Shown here one piece after another: positions 19,197 to 27,067 of a DNA stretch of 32,000 bases. Each line of letters starts with the position of its first letter. Positions within the stretch are counted from its first letter, which is position 1. The position numbers were made by a program, and so were the translations under genes. This DNA is from Candidatus Saccharimonas aalborgensis (GTDB lineage Bacteria > Patescibacteriota > Saccharimonadia > Saccharimonadales > Saccharimonadaceae): assembly GCF_000392435.1 (NCBI RefSeq), contig NC_021219.1, positions 150,001-182,000 on the forward strand, written 5' to 3'. The notes under the pieces were generated by a model. That model saw only the letters and a program-made list of their open reading frames with translations, made no database searches and was not told where the DNA came from.

Positions 19197-20135
19197 CTAA
19201 AGCATAGGGGGGGCCATTTTATAGTCGGGTAATTCACCTATTACTGAAATTCTAATTCCATATTTTGTTTTATCAAGTGTGGCAGGGTCTACTTTTGGCC
19301 AGTTTTGAAGCTCTTCGATTGTCAGTGATTCTGACTCTACATTTTGGTTAGTCTGAAATGTGTTTTTTGCTGCATCAAAAATACCTTGTGCGTGCTTAAC
19401 GTTCCATTTGCCATCCAGATACTGTGTGCCAACTTCATAATTGAAGGAGAATTCGTCTATAACCCCCCTTGTACCGTCCGCCATTACAATTTCTTGCTTG
19501 GGCAAAGTATATGCGTACCATCCGTCCGCACCGTTATTAAATTCTTCAATCCTCTCAACCAAATACCCACTGTTCCAAAGCACGTCTTTGAAGACATCAT
19601 ATGCTATAACCGTGTGACTGCCATCGTCAGATACAAGCTCCTGTCTACCCAAATCTTGATAAACATTAAATCCTGAACCAACTGAAGTGTGTTTTATCCC
19701 AAAACTTAGAGCCTTAACATAACGAACCTCAATAAGTGTCTTCGAAGCGATAGCAAATGGGTTTTCCTTATCCGTAGTGTCTATCAAATGAGTTGGTCTT
19801 ATGCCAAAAAATTTAGCTGCTGCAACTGCAGATTCTGCATAGGGGCTGTTAGATACCATCACTCCTAGTGGTACGCCTTCGTCCTTAAGCTTGAAGCCAT
19901 AATCCGCCACATCCTTTATCCCAATGTTCCGTTTATGGTCTTTAGCGTCAAAGTCAATCTGTTGCGTGCCAGTATCAAGTAAAGTATCAACTTGTCGTTT
20001 GCCGCCAGTAATTGTTGCAGGTAACTTTACATCGTCTTTAATTTCAGAGTTAGGATAGAGCTTTCTAACCATAGCACTGACTTTCTTTTCATACTTTTTG
20101 CCGTCGTTAGATTTTTTATGCTTTTTCTTAGTCAT
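19197..20135 (-). CDS. Restriction endonuclease-like protein (Mrr/PD-(D/E)XK type)
   Basis: KYEKKVSAMVRKLYP...KRQVDTLLDTGTQQIDFDAKDHKRNIGIKDVADYGFKLKDEGVPLGVMVSNSPYAESAVAAAKFFGI. D-(X)n-D-A-K core and substrate-typical 'G...F...A...A' tail. Confidence 0.72.
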   Translation of the reverse strand: MTKKKHKKSNDGKKYEKKVSAMVRKLYPNSEIKDDVKLPATITGGKRQVDTLLDTGTQQIDFDAKDHKRNIGIKDVADYGFKLKDEGVPLGVMVSNSPYAESAVAAAKFFGIRPTHLIDTTDKENPFAIASKTLIEVRYVKALSFGIKHTSVGSGFNVYQDLGRQELVSDDGSHTVIAYDVFKDVLWNSGYLVERIEEFNNGADGWYAYTLPKQEIVMADGTRGVIDEFSFNYEVGTQYLDGKWNVKHAQGIFDAAKNTFQTNQNVESESLTIEELQNWPKVDPATLDKTKYGIRISVIGELPDYKMAPPML

Positions 20136-20140
20136 TGCTA

Positions 20141-20827
20141 CTACAATTCACTATCAAAGAAATTAACTTTTGGTCGAATTATTTTACCATCATTATCAAG
20201 GAAGCAGTCATATCCAACTTCAATATAACCACCAATATTCCAAACCTGCACTTCCAGCTTCTTGTTTGGATGCAACGTGTCTAGCTTAATATTTTTACTT
20301 GGCTTAACCTGTTTTGGCTTTTCTCCAGAATTCAATATCGTCACTGTCCTTGGCTCATTACTAAGATGTAGAGTTAATTTTTTTATTAACTCATTAGAGT
20401 TGTTCTCAATAATAAAAATCCACATTTGCTCACCATTGTGGCTAGGCTTTTGCTCGTCAAATTGAGGAACATAATGGGCTTTTAATCTAAGTCCAGGCAC
20501 AAAGTATAGTTTTCGTGTAAATACGACTAGCAACGATACGCCTACAATTACTGCAATAGGCCATTTAAGTACACTTATATTCGCGGACCAAGCAGTGTGA
20601 TTACCTGCTAATTGAAAAGCAAAACCAAAGACAATAAGCCCAATACCAAATCGTGACAATATTTCGTATCGTTGAGCTTTTCGTTTTAAGTGGTCGCTAT
20701 TGCCAATAGAGAGTGACATAGAACCATCTCTTGCTAATAATGGTGCAAGTCCGAAGAAAAACAATAATATTGCTCCGAAGAGGTCTAGCACCAACCCTAT
20801 GTCACCTAGCTGTATGTTTAATATCAT
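20141..20827 (-). CDS. Membrane-anchored hypothetical protein, probable operon partner of the Mrr-like gene
   Basis: N-terminal hydrophobic segments followed by a soluble C-terminal domain; 5-nt gap to 19197..20135. Confidence 0.7.
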   Translation of the reverse strand: MILNIQLGDIGLVLDLFGAILLFFFGLAPLLARDGSMSLSIGNSDHLKRKAQRYEILSRFGIGLIVFGFAFQLAGNHTAWSANISVLKWPIAVIVGVSLLVVFTRKLYFVPGLRLKAHYVPQFDEQKPSHNGEQMWIFIIENNSNELIKKLTLHLSNEPRTVTILNSGEKPKQVKPSKNIKLDTLHPNKKLEVQVWNIGGYIEVGYDCFLDNDGKIIRPKVNFFDSEL

Positions 20828-21004
20828 CTAATCTAATATTATCAAATTAGGCTATCTTCAACGATGTAAGTCTTGCTCGGTAGTAGCATACTCTTATACT
20901 GGGCATAAGGTACGGCTAAAATATCACGCCATCTTTGTATTTCTAACCTCAGTTCCGCATAGCTATCCGCGATAGTTTGGTGTAAAAGCTTTTGGTCCTC
21001 GTGC

Positions 21005-21140
21005 ACCATAGAAGACACCGCCTCAATGGCGGTATTTTCTATGGCTGTACACAGTTTCCACTTTGTGGGGCCAGGCCACTTGCTTTGTTTATTCAGGCAA
21101 ATTGGTAGAATATTAACACTTCTTAGGGGTGAACTCCATA
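21005..21140 (+). repeat. Long direct repeat copy A (about 135 nt), starting with a 39-nt palindrome
   Basis: accatagaagacaccgcctcaatggcggtattttctatgg...tgctttgtttattcaggcaaattggtagaat...cttcttaggggtgaactccata closely matches 26891..27025. Confidence 0.9.
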
Positions 21141-21282
21141 TCCCCCTATATCCCTGGGGTTTTCCTTTTGGTAAGAGTAAAGTTTTGCTGGACACCGACA
21201 AAACAACGCCTCACCGCTAGCGAGCTTTTGAAAAGTAACAAGCTCTGCTACAATATGAAAGTATAAATAAAGAAAAAGCAAT

Positions 21283-22404
21283 ATGACATTCACTCGAAAA
21301 AAAATTATCGTAGCGCTTATTGTCGTAGTGTGTATCGCGCTTAGTGTTGGCGTTTTTTTAGGAACTAGGCAACAAGTCGTGACAACCAAGCCGGGAGATA
21401 CTAATACCAGTACTCTCCAGGAGTCAGCCGCCTCATCACAGAAATCAGCAATATCTAAGACTGAACAAGGTGAAAAAACTCAGGCACCCGCTGATCAAAA
21501 AACACAAACTAGCGCAAATAGCTCAAATCAAGGCGGTGCCCAAGGTGCGACAAGCCATAGTCAGCCATCATCACCTCCCAACACCACCCCCGTGAACCCA
21601 AGCACTCCCGCGCAGATATGCGGTCAGGCTGGCTACAATGGCAATGGCAATTCATTGTCGCTATTTCAGACGGTCTACCCGGGCCAATGGCGCAGTGACT
21701 ATAGCTTTGCATCACTCTGGAGTGTACCCGGACAGACGTTTGAAAATTTCCGGCTCGAAACCTCGCTTTTCGCGATGTCTGACAATTTGATAATCCGTAA
21801 TTTCTATCTAGCTCCGGGTGCCGACTACTACCCGGTTCGTACCGATAACCGAGAGTCGGGTACGGGCACGCAAATCTACAATGGGACAGTCAGAGCAACT
21901 GGCGCGACCGATGACAATCTTTACAAAGGCATTCTTGTCGATGTACCACATGTCACAATAAGTGACATGGATATTTCCGGAACCCACGACGGCTTATCGC
22001 TGGCATCAACTTACACCACAGTAAGCAATGTGTGTATCCACGACCTGGCCTCTACTCCAACAGCCCACAATGACGGAATCGAGATATATGGGGGCGGTCA
22101 TGTCATTATTAAAGATAGTGAGATCAATAATAACCACGGTCAGACGTCAGCTATTAACATCACTAACGATTACGGAGCTATCGATGACGTGCTTATAGAA
22201 AATGTCACACTAAGCGGCGGCGGATATACAATTTATGTTCGTGGCGATGGTGCCAGTGGCCAGCCGATTACCAATATTCGCTTTAGAAATGTAAAGATAG
22301 CGAGCCCTGGGTATTACGGAGTCGTGAGCTATCAGGGTGCGCCTGGCGCGATTGTTGAGTGGGACGTCAAAGATGCTCAGGGCAATGTCATTCAGCACCC
22401 ATAA
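21283..22404 (+). CDS. Secreted/anchored right-handed beta-helix protein (pectate-lyase-fold-like)
   Basis: N-terminal TM, Ser/Thr/Gln-rich linker, beta-helix repeats (NLIIRNFYL, HVTISDMDISGTHDGLSL, HVIIKDSEINNN, DVLIENVTLSGGG). Confidence 0.8.
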   Translation: MTFTRKKIIVALIVVVCIALSVGVFLGTRQQVVTTKPGDTNTSTLQESAASSQKSAISKTEQGEKTQAPADQKTQTSANSSNQGGAQGATSHSQPSSPPNTTPVNPSTPAQICGQAGYNGNGNSLSLFQTVYPGQWRSDYSFASLWSVPGQTFENFRLETSLFAMSDNLIIRNFYLAPGADYYPVRTDNRESGTGTQIYNGTVRATGATDDNLYKGILVDVPHVTISDMDISGTHDGLSLASTYTTVSNVCIHDLASTPTAHNDGIEIYGGGHVIIKDSEINNNHGQTSAINITNDYGAIDDVLIENVTLSGGGYTIYVRGDGASGQPITNIRFRNVKIASPGYYGVVSYQGAPGAIVEWDVKDAQGNVIQHP

Positions 22405-22811
22405 CCCCTCCTAACTTAAATGACCGTCCTGGTGCAACCAACCTAGAAAGACTAGATTGTCCAAGACGGCCATTAAAGCCCGCGACAAATAAAAATAGTC
22501 TTTCGCTGGATGGTTGCTCTTTTATTATACTGCAGATCGACGCAAGGCTGCGAAAAAAAGCATGTCTTTAGACATGCCGAACCGCAGCTCTTCCCCCAGA
22601 AAAACAGATGGGTTTTGCTCCGCAAAACCATACTTTCCCAAACAAAAACGGGCGTTTCGCGCCCGGATTTGCGGATTTGTCCAAATTTGGTGGAGTTTTA
22701 CAACCAAGTTCGAACCGAATTCGAGCAAAATGGCCGAAGCGCAGCCCCAACACCTGCGGGCACGCTGCGCCCGCTCGCCCCACCAGAAAAACCCTTTGGT
22801 TATTTTTTTGA

Positions 22812-22868
22812 GATTTCCCCCCGCCGAATTTCTTTTGTTGTTGTAAGGGGTGTTTTCTGGTGGTGGCG
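22812..22868 (-). repeat. Near-perfect inverted repeat, left copy (core of a larger structured repeat about 22.56-22.87 kb)
   Basis: Reverse complement cgccaccaccagaaaacaccccttacaacaacaaaagaaattcggcggggggaaatc matches 25164..25219 with one substitution and one indel. Confidence 0.93.
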
Positions 22869-22904
22869 CGTTACATATGCTCGGTGTAGTACAATAGATC
22901 AGAG

Positions 22905-23762
22905 ATGAACTGGGAAGTATTTGTCGTTATCAACCTAATCACCGCTTCGTTGCTCGTACCATTGCAACGTCTTTTATTGCGCCGAGAAGAAACTGATCCG
23001 TTGACTTTTATTGTTGTGTCACAGGTTATTACCGGTGCCCTACTTATACCATTCACGCTTGCACATGGCTTTGAGTTCCCCGACATTAATAAATATGGCC
23101 TGCTAATGATTACAATGTTTGGGCTTTACAGTATCGGACATTATCTCTATGCGCACACGCTCAAGCGTGTCGAAGCTTCTGTATTCTCAACGTTGCTCAA
23201 CACGAGCACAATTTGGGTAATTGCAATGGGTTATCTTGTATTGCACGAAGAGTTGCATCTCTCGGATATTGTTGGGACGGTTATCATCATGACAAGTGTG
23301 TTTATGCTCATGGAGCGTAAAAAGAAACATAGGCTACACCTTGAAAAATCTATTCTCATGGGATTGCTTGTCGGATTAATATTCGGTGTCGCTTTGTCAA
23401 TGTGGGTATACATAGGCAAAGGCTCGGACTTATTGTCATGGATAACAATTAGCTTCTTCGGAACGCCCCTTATTATGCTTGCCGTGAAACCAAAGGTAGC
23501 ACGAAAAGCAAGGCACTTTTTCTCTGGTGAGTTGCTACCTAGAATGTTAATACTTGCTGTTGTATGGGCGGTTGATAATCTTGCCTCACTGGCTGCATAT
23601 CAGCATGGTAACGTCAGTATTATTGCACCGTTGCTGCAAACAAGCGCAATCTTAAGCGTACTCGTTGCGATTATATTCTTAGGGGAAAGAACTCGGTTAC
23701 GCTGGAAAATTGCTGCATCTGTTGTTTGTTTTATCGGCGTTGTACTGATTATTAGTTTCTAA
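22905..23762 (+). CDS. EamA/DMT family transporter
   Basis: Ten-TM pattern in two halves: LIPFTLAHGFEFPDINKYGLLMITMFGLYSIGHYLYAHTLKRVEAS...; ...LVAIIFLGERTRLRWKIAASVVCFIGVVLI. Confidence 0.9.
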   Translation: MNWEVFVVINLITASLLVPLQRLLLRREETDPLTFIVVSQVITGALLIPFTLAHGFEFPDINKYGLLMITMFGLYSIGHYLYAHTLKRVEASVFSTLLNTSTIWVIAMGYLVLHEELHLSDIVGTVIIMTSVFMLMERKKKHRLHLEKSILMGLLVGLIFGVALSMWVYIGKGSDLLSWITISFFGTPLIMLAVKPKVARKARHFFSGELLPRMLILAVVWAVDNLASLAAYQHGNVSIIAPLLQTSAILSVLVAIIFLGERTRLRWKIAASVVCFIGVVLIISF

Positions 23763-23801
23763 CAAATAATCCGGTGAAGCAATGACAGCCCTAGTTCGTG
23801 A

Positions 23802-23807
23802 TATAAT
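23802..23807 (+). promoter_or_regulatory. Putative -10 box upstream of the retron-like locus
   Basis: TATAAT; predicted start near 23813-23815 at GGGACT. No good -35 hexamer seen. Confidence 0.35.
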
Positions 23808-24004
23808 ATACATGGGACTGCTTAGGCAGTCGGTACGTTTTTATCATTTTCTGCTCGCTCGAGGTGTTGTGACATGGCAACTATGCCATAAATAGTCCCC
23901 CTTTAATGTGATTCTTGTAATGCGTTAATGTGTGGCTATTACGCCCGGCTTCGCCGGCGCGAGACCTACCGGTTACGGAGCTTGTCTTTGTACCGATACG
24001 TTTC

Positions 24005-24232
24005 TAGAGGCCAAAGTACGTTGTATGACCTTTTCTGGACAGTGCGGAAAGCGAGACCCCGCGTATGCGTGGAGAAAGGAAATGTGATGAACTTACAGCG
24101 TACTAAATATAAACGTACGACTCCAAAGTCTCTTACTGAATACTCATCAACGAGCATCAGTCTGGGCGATGGCTTCAAGCTACTGGTTCAAACCATAGTG
24201 AAAATCATCGAAAAGTACTTTGGTCTCCTCTA
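24005..24232 (+). ncRNA. Candidate retron msr-msd-like structured RNA
   Basis: Outer stem TAGAGGCCAAAGTAC (24005-24019) pairs with GTACTTTGG-tct-CCTCTA (24215-24232), 15 bp with a 3-nt bulge. It encloses serial hairpins, including an extended one at 24167..24210. It lies 36 nt upstream of a retron-like RT. Confidence 0.45.
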
Positions 24233-24248
24233 TGTTTCTATCTATTAG
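24087..24248 (+). CDS. Possible 53-aa protein upstream of the RT; conflicts with the ncRNA interpretation
   Basis: MNLQRTKYKRTTPKSLTEYSSTSISLGDGFKLLVQTIVKIIEKYFGLLYVSIY with ggagaaagga as RBS-like sequence. Confidence 0.3.
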   Translation: MNLQRTKYKRTTPKSLTEYSSTSISLGDGFKLLVQTIVKIIEKYFGLLYVSIY

Positions 24249-24268
24249 GTAGGCGCATACGGGAGAAT

Positions 24269-25129
24269 ATGGGGAACACGGAGGAACTAGAAAAATTATT
24301 AGCAGACTACCCCGCCGAGGCGAGAGTTTTTTGTGCATTAGAACCAAAACGCGACGGTACGTCGCGTCCTATTATCAAGCCAAATAAGCCGCTCAATCAG
24401 TGGCTCAAGCGTATGAAACGCGCTTTGTATCGACAACGTAGAGACTGGCCGACGTTTATTCACGGCGGAGTGAAAAAGCGAAGTTATGTATCATTCGCTC
24501 GCCCTCACGCCAACAAGAACACCGTCATTACTATTGACATAAAAGACTGTTTTGGCTCCATAACACAAAGCGAGGTGCAACAAGCCCTCGTCAGTAAACT
24601 CGGCTTACCGGACGGCCTTGCCTCTCGGCTTGCAGCAAAATTGTGCTACAAACGCCGCATACCACAGGGTTTTGCAACAAGTAGCTATCTGACCAATCTA
24701 TATCTCAACGACACACTACTGAAAATCAACCGCCAACTTAAGCGCAAACAAATTGACATGACTGTGTACGTCGATGATATTGCGCTGTCGGGACAAAAAG
24801 TTGATAGTGCGGTGATTATCAACCTAGTCACGCTTGAGCTATCTCGCGCGCGGTTAGCAATAAGCAAGGCTAAGGTGAAAGTTATGCGCTCTCATAGTCC
24901 GCAAATTATTTGTGGACTTGTTGTCAATAAAGGCGTAGCCCTTTCGCGACAAAAACGGAAAGAAATTTTTTCAGATATAGCCAACGGACGTATGAGCGAG
25001 ACAAGTTTACAGGGCTGGCTAGCGAACTTAAATATGATAGACAGACGGCTTATGAATAAGTTGCAAACATACGCTACACAAAAAGGCCTGGTGGTAGTGA
25101 GCGCGAAGCGCGGCGGTCTTGCCGCCTAG
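24269..25129 (+). CDS. Retron-type reverse transcriptase
   Basis: ITIDIKDCFGSIT, RRIPQGFATSSYLTNLYLN, MTVYVDDIALSG, IICGLVVNKGVALSRQKRKEIFSDIANG, LQGWLANLNMIDRRLMNKLQTY; colinear with retron RTs such as Ec86. Confidence 0.93.
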   Translation: MGNTEELEKLLADYPAEARVFCALEPKRDGTSRPIIKPNKPLNQWLKRMKRALYRQRRDWPTFIHGGVKKRSYVSFARPHANKNTVITIDIKDCFGSITQSEVQQALVSKLGLPDGLASRLAAKLCYKRRIPQGFATSSYLTNLYLNDTLLKINRQLKRKQIDMTVYVDDIALSGQKVDSAVIINLVTLELSRARLAISKAKVKVMRSHSPQIICGLVVNKGVALSRQKRKEIFSDIANGRMSETSLQGWLANLNMIDRRLMNKLQTYATQKGLVVVSAKRGGLAA

Positions 25130-25163
25130 GCGAAGCCTCAACACCTCTACTGCTTGCAGTAGT

Positions 25164-25219
25164 CGCCACCACCAGAAAACACCCTTTACAACAACAAAAG
25201 AAATTCGGCGGGGGAAATC
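25164..25219 (+). repeat. Near-perfect inverted repeat, right copy (core of a structured repeat about 25.16-25.46 kb)
   Basis: See 22812..22868; similarity continues patchily outward (ggttcgagcttggttgtaaaaatacaccaaat; gcaaattcgggcg). Confidence 0.93.
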
Positions 25220-25697
25220 CAAAAAATGCAAAAGGCAGGGCTGGCGGGACGGGCTTGCGTTTCTCGCAAGCAATCGGCGGGGTTTGTTCACGCATTTCGC
25301 TCAAAATGGGTTCGAGCTTGGTTGTAAAAATACACCAAATCAGGACAAAATTGCAAATTCGGGCGGAAGTTTGCGCTCCGCCCCAGCCAGAAAAACCTTT
25401 GATTGTTTCTTTTTATAATTTCCCTTGCCGTGTTTTTTGGAAACTGAAAAGGGTGTTTTGGTTTGTCGGTTCTACCTTATGGCAAAAAGGAGTTGTAAAG
25501 AGTACAATTTAAATATAACCCTAAACCAAATCTCTGTTTGGCATGGTTTATAAATCCACAAAGAGAAACAGCTCGTCACGGGTACTTCTTTTTGTGTTCG
25601 CGTGGGGAAACCCGCGCGGGTGGTCGCAAGGCTGCCGCTCGTGGCGAGCTTTTTGGTACGTCACGAAAATATTGCCAAATAAGTAAAAGGGGCTAAA

Positions 25698-26396
25698 GTG
25701 TCAAATAGTAACGAATGGTATAAAAGAAACACGTCAATCATACTTCTACTATTTTTCTTTTTTCCAGTTGGCCTCTACCTGATGTGGAAGTATGCAAATT
25801 GGAATAAGGTAGTAAAAATAATCATTAGCGTGCTGTTGGGGCTGACTGTTATTGTAGTGTTAACTAACCCGCCAAAAGAGCCGGTTAAAGATACTCAAGA
25901 AACGAATACGGAGCAGAGACAGCAAACTCAACAAGCACAACCGCAACAACCAGCTGCGAGTGCATATAGCTACGACTGGGGTAATGAGGGGACAAATACT
26001 TACTGGTTGCTCGCGAAAGATGTAGACAACAGTAGCGCAGACTTAAAGGATCGCATCAAGGCTACAATAGCAGACTTTAGCAAGAAAGTTTCGTTCACGA
26101 CAAACACCCTAGTCAGTGTCACAGATAACGCTAACGTATTTAAGTGCGAAACATTGGCGGGAAAACCAGGCTACACGGGGTCTGAATATGTTGCTTGTCT
26201 AAACGAAGCTGGAGGCAAAGACGCCTATAATGCCGCCACTTCTGCGCATAATATTGCTCTTTATAGCCATAATTTTAAGTACAATATGGACGCCACGGAG
26301 TGCAAAGATAAATGTAATGAACTAATGTTCTATCCCGATGCGTCAAAAACATCTGAGCAAGCAAAGTATAAAGAAACGCTATACTGGAAACCATAG
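25698..26396 (+). CDS. Membrane-anchored hypothetical protein (232 aa)
   Basis: Two N-terminal TM segments, Gln/Thr-rich linker, extracytoplasmic domain with paired Cys. Confidence 0.75.
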   Translation: MSNSNEWYKRNTSIILLLFFFFPVGLYLMWKYANWNKVVKIIISVLLGLTVIVVLTNPPKEPVKDTQETNTEQRQQTQQAQPQQPAASAYSYDWGNEGTNTYWLLAKDVDNSSADLKDRIKATIADFSKKVSFTTNTLVSVTDNANVFKCETLAGKPGYTGSEYVACLNEAGGKDAYNAATSAHNIALYSHNFKYNMDATECKDKCNELMFYPDASKTSEQAKYKETLYWKP

Positions 26397-26404
26397 GAGG
26401 TGTT

Positions 26405-26806
26405 ATGGGATTATTTAGTGTTAGTGAAGAAGAGAAAGCAAAGCGAGAACAAGCGAAAAAAGAAAGCACAGCAGCTAAAGAAGAAGCAGCATTTAGCGCC
26501 TCGCCCGTCGGAAAAGCGCGCCAAGCCTACGAAGACGGTCTAAAATACTATCAAGTATCTTTTGATTTAGAGCGAGTTGGGACTAATTCTGTTAGTGTTA
26601 TGGCACGCAGACAAATTAAATCAACATGCGACCCTGTCGGGGCAATTCTAACAGCCATCGACGATGAGGGATGGCAACTAATCCAGGCGGGCTATACTTT
26701 CCGCCAAACCCACCAAGATAGTCGAGATAAATTTCTATCTAGCGGCCAGCAGGTCGCCATTACTGGTCAGACAGTTGGCTTATACCTCTTTAGGCGCAGG
26801 CCGTAA
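26405..26806 (+). CDS. Hypothetical protein (133 aa)
   Basis: Follows the previous stop by 8 nt, ggagg RBS-like sequence directly upstream. Confidence 0.7.
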   Translation: MGLFSVSEEEKAKREQAKKESTAAKEEAAFSASPVGKARQAYEDGLKYYQVSFDLERVGTNSVSVMARRQIKSTCDPVGAILTAIDDEGWQLIQAGYTFRQTHQDSRDKFLSSGQQVAITGQTVGLYLFRRRP

Positions 26807-26890
26807 TTGTGTTTAGGCGGTGGCTTTGTCGCCTAGGGCGGAGCTTAGCCACTCCGCTCGTAATCGGTTCGAACTTGGTTGTAAAACTCC

Positions 26891-27025
26891 ACCATAGAAA
26901 ACACCGCCTCAATGGCGGTATTTTCTATGGTAGTACACAAGTTTCCAGTTTCTGGGACCAAGCCCCTTGCTTTGTTTATTCAGGCAAATTGGTAAAACTA
27001 ACGCTTCTTAGGGGTGAACACCATA
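26891..27025 (+). repeat. Long direct repeat copy B, starting with a 39-nt palindrome (26892-26930)
   Basis: CCATAGAAAACACCGCCtcaatGGCGGTATTTTCTATGG, then about 95 nt closely matching copy A at 21005..21140. Confidence 0.9.
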
Positions 27026-27067
27026 CACCATACACTCTATACACTATACCTCCTATCCATATCTCCT

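Noticed and set aside
20842-21201. 119-aa minus-strand ORF
   Set aside because: Its N-terminal half is translated from direct-repeat copy A. Only a 55-aa part from ATG at 21009 (to 20842) could be real, and the support is weak.
22510-22908. Overlapping ORFs 22510..22908, 22514..22846, 22568..22783
   Set aside because: Low-information translations across the GC-rich hairpin repeat in several frames on both strands; better explained as the structured repeat.
23928-24248. 106-aa ORF covering the whole region before the RT
   Set aside because: The N-terminal half is Arg/Tyr-rich, low quality and lacks an RBS. If any protein is made here, the 53-aa ORF from 24087 is more credible.
24269-25129. 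Diversity-generating retroelement or group II intron RT
   Set aside because: The motif region reads IPQGFATSSYLTN rather than the DGR-type sequence, the thumb matches retrons, no variable/template repeat pair or accessory Avd was seen, and there is no maturase/HNH domain or intron-like core. I could not run a systematic VR/TR search.
25028-25512. ORFs 25028..25291, 25074..25304, 25119..25418, 25255..25512
   Set aside because: They lie in or overlap the right repeat copy, and their translations mirror the left repeat ORFs (FPRRISFVVVKGVFWWWR), so they are repeat artefacts.
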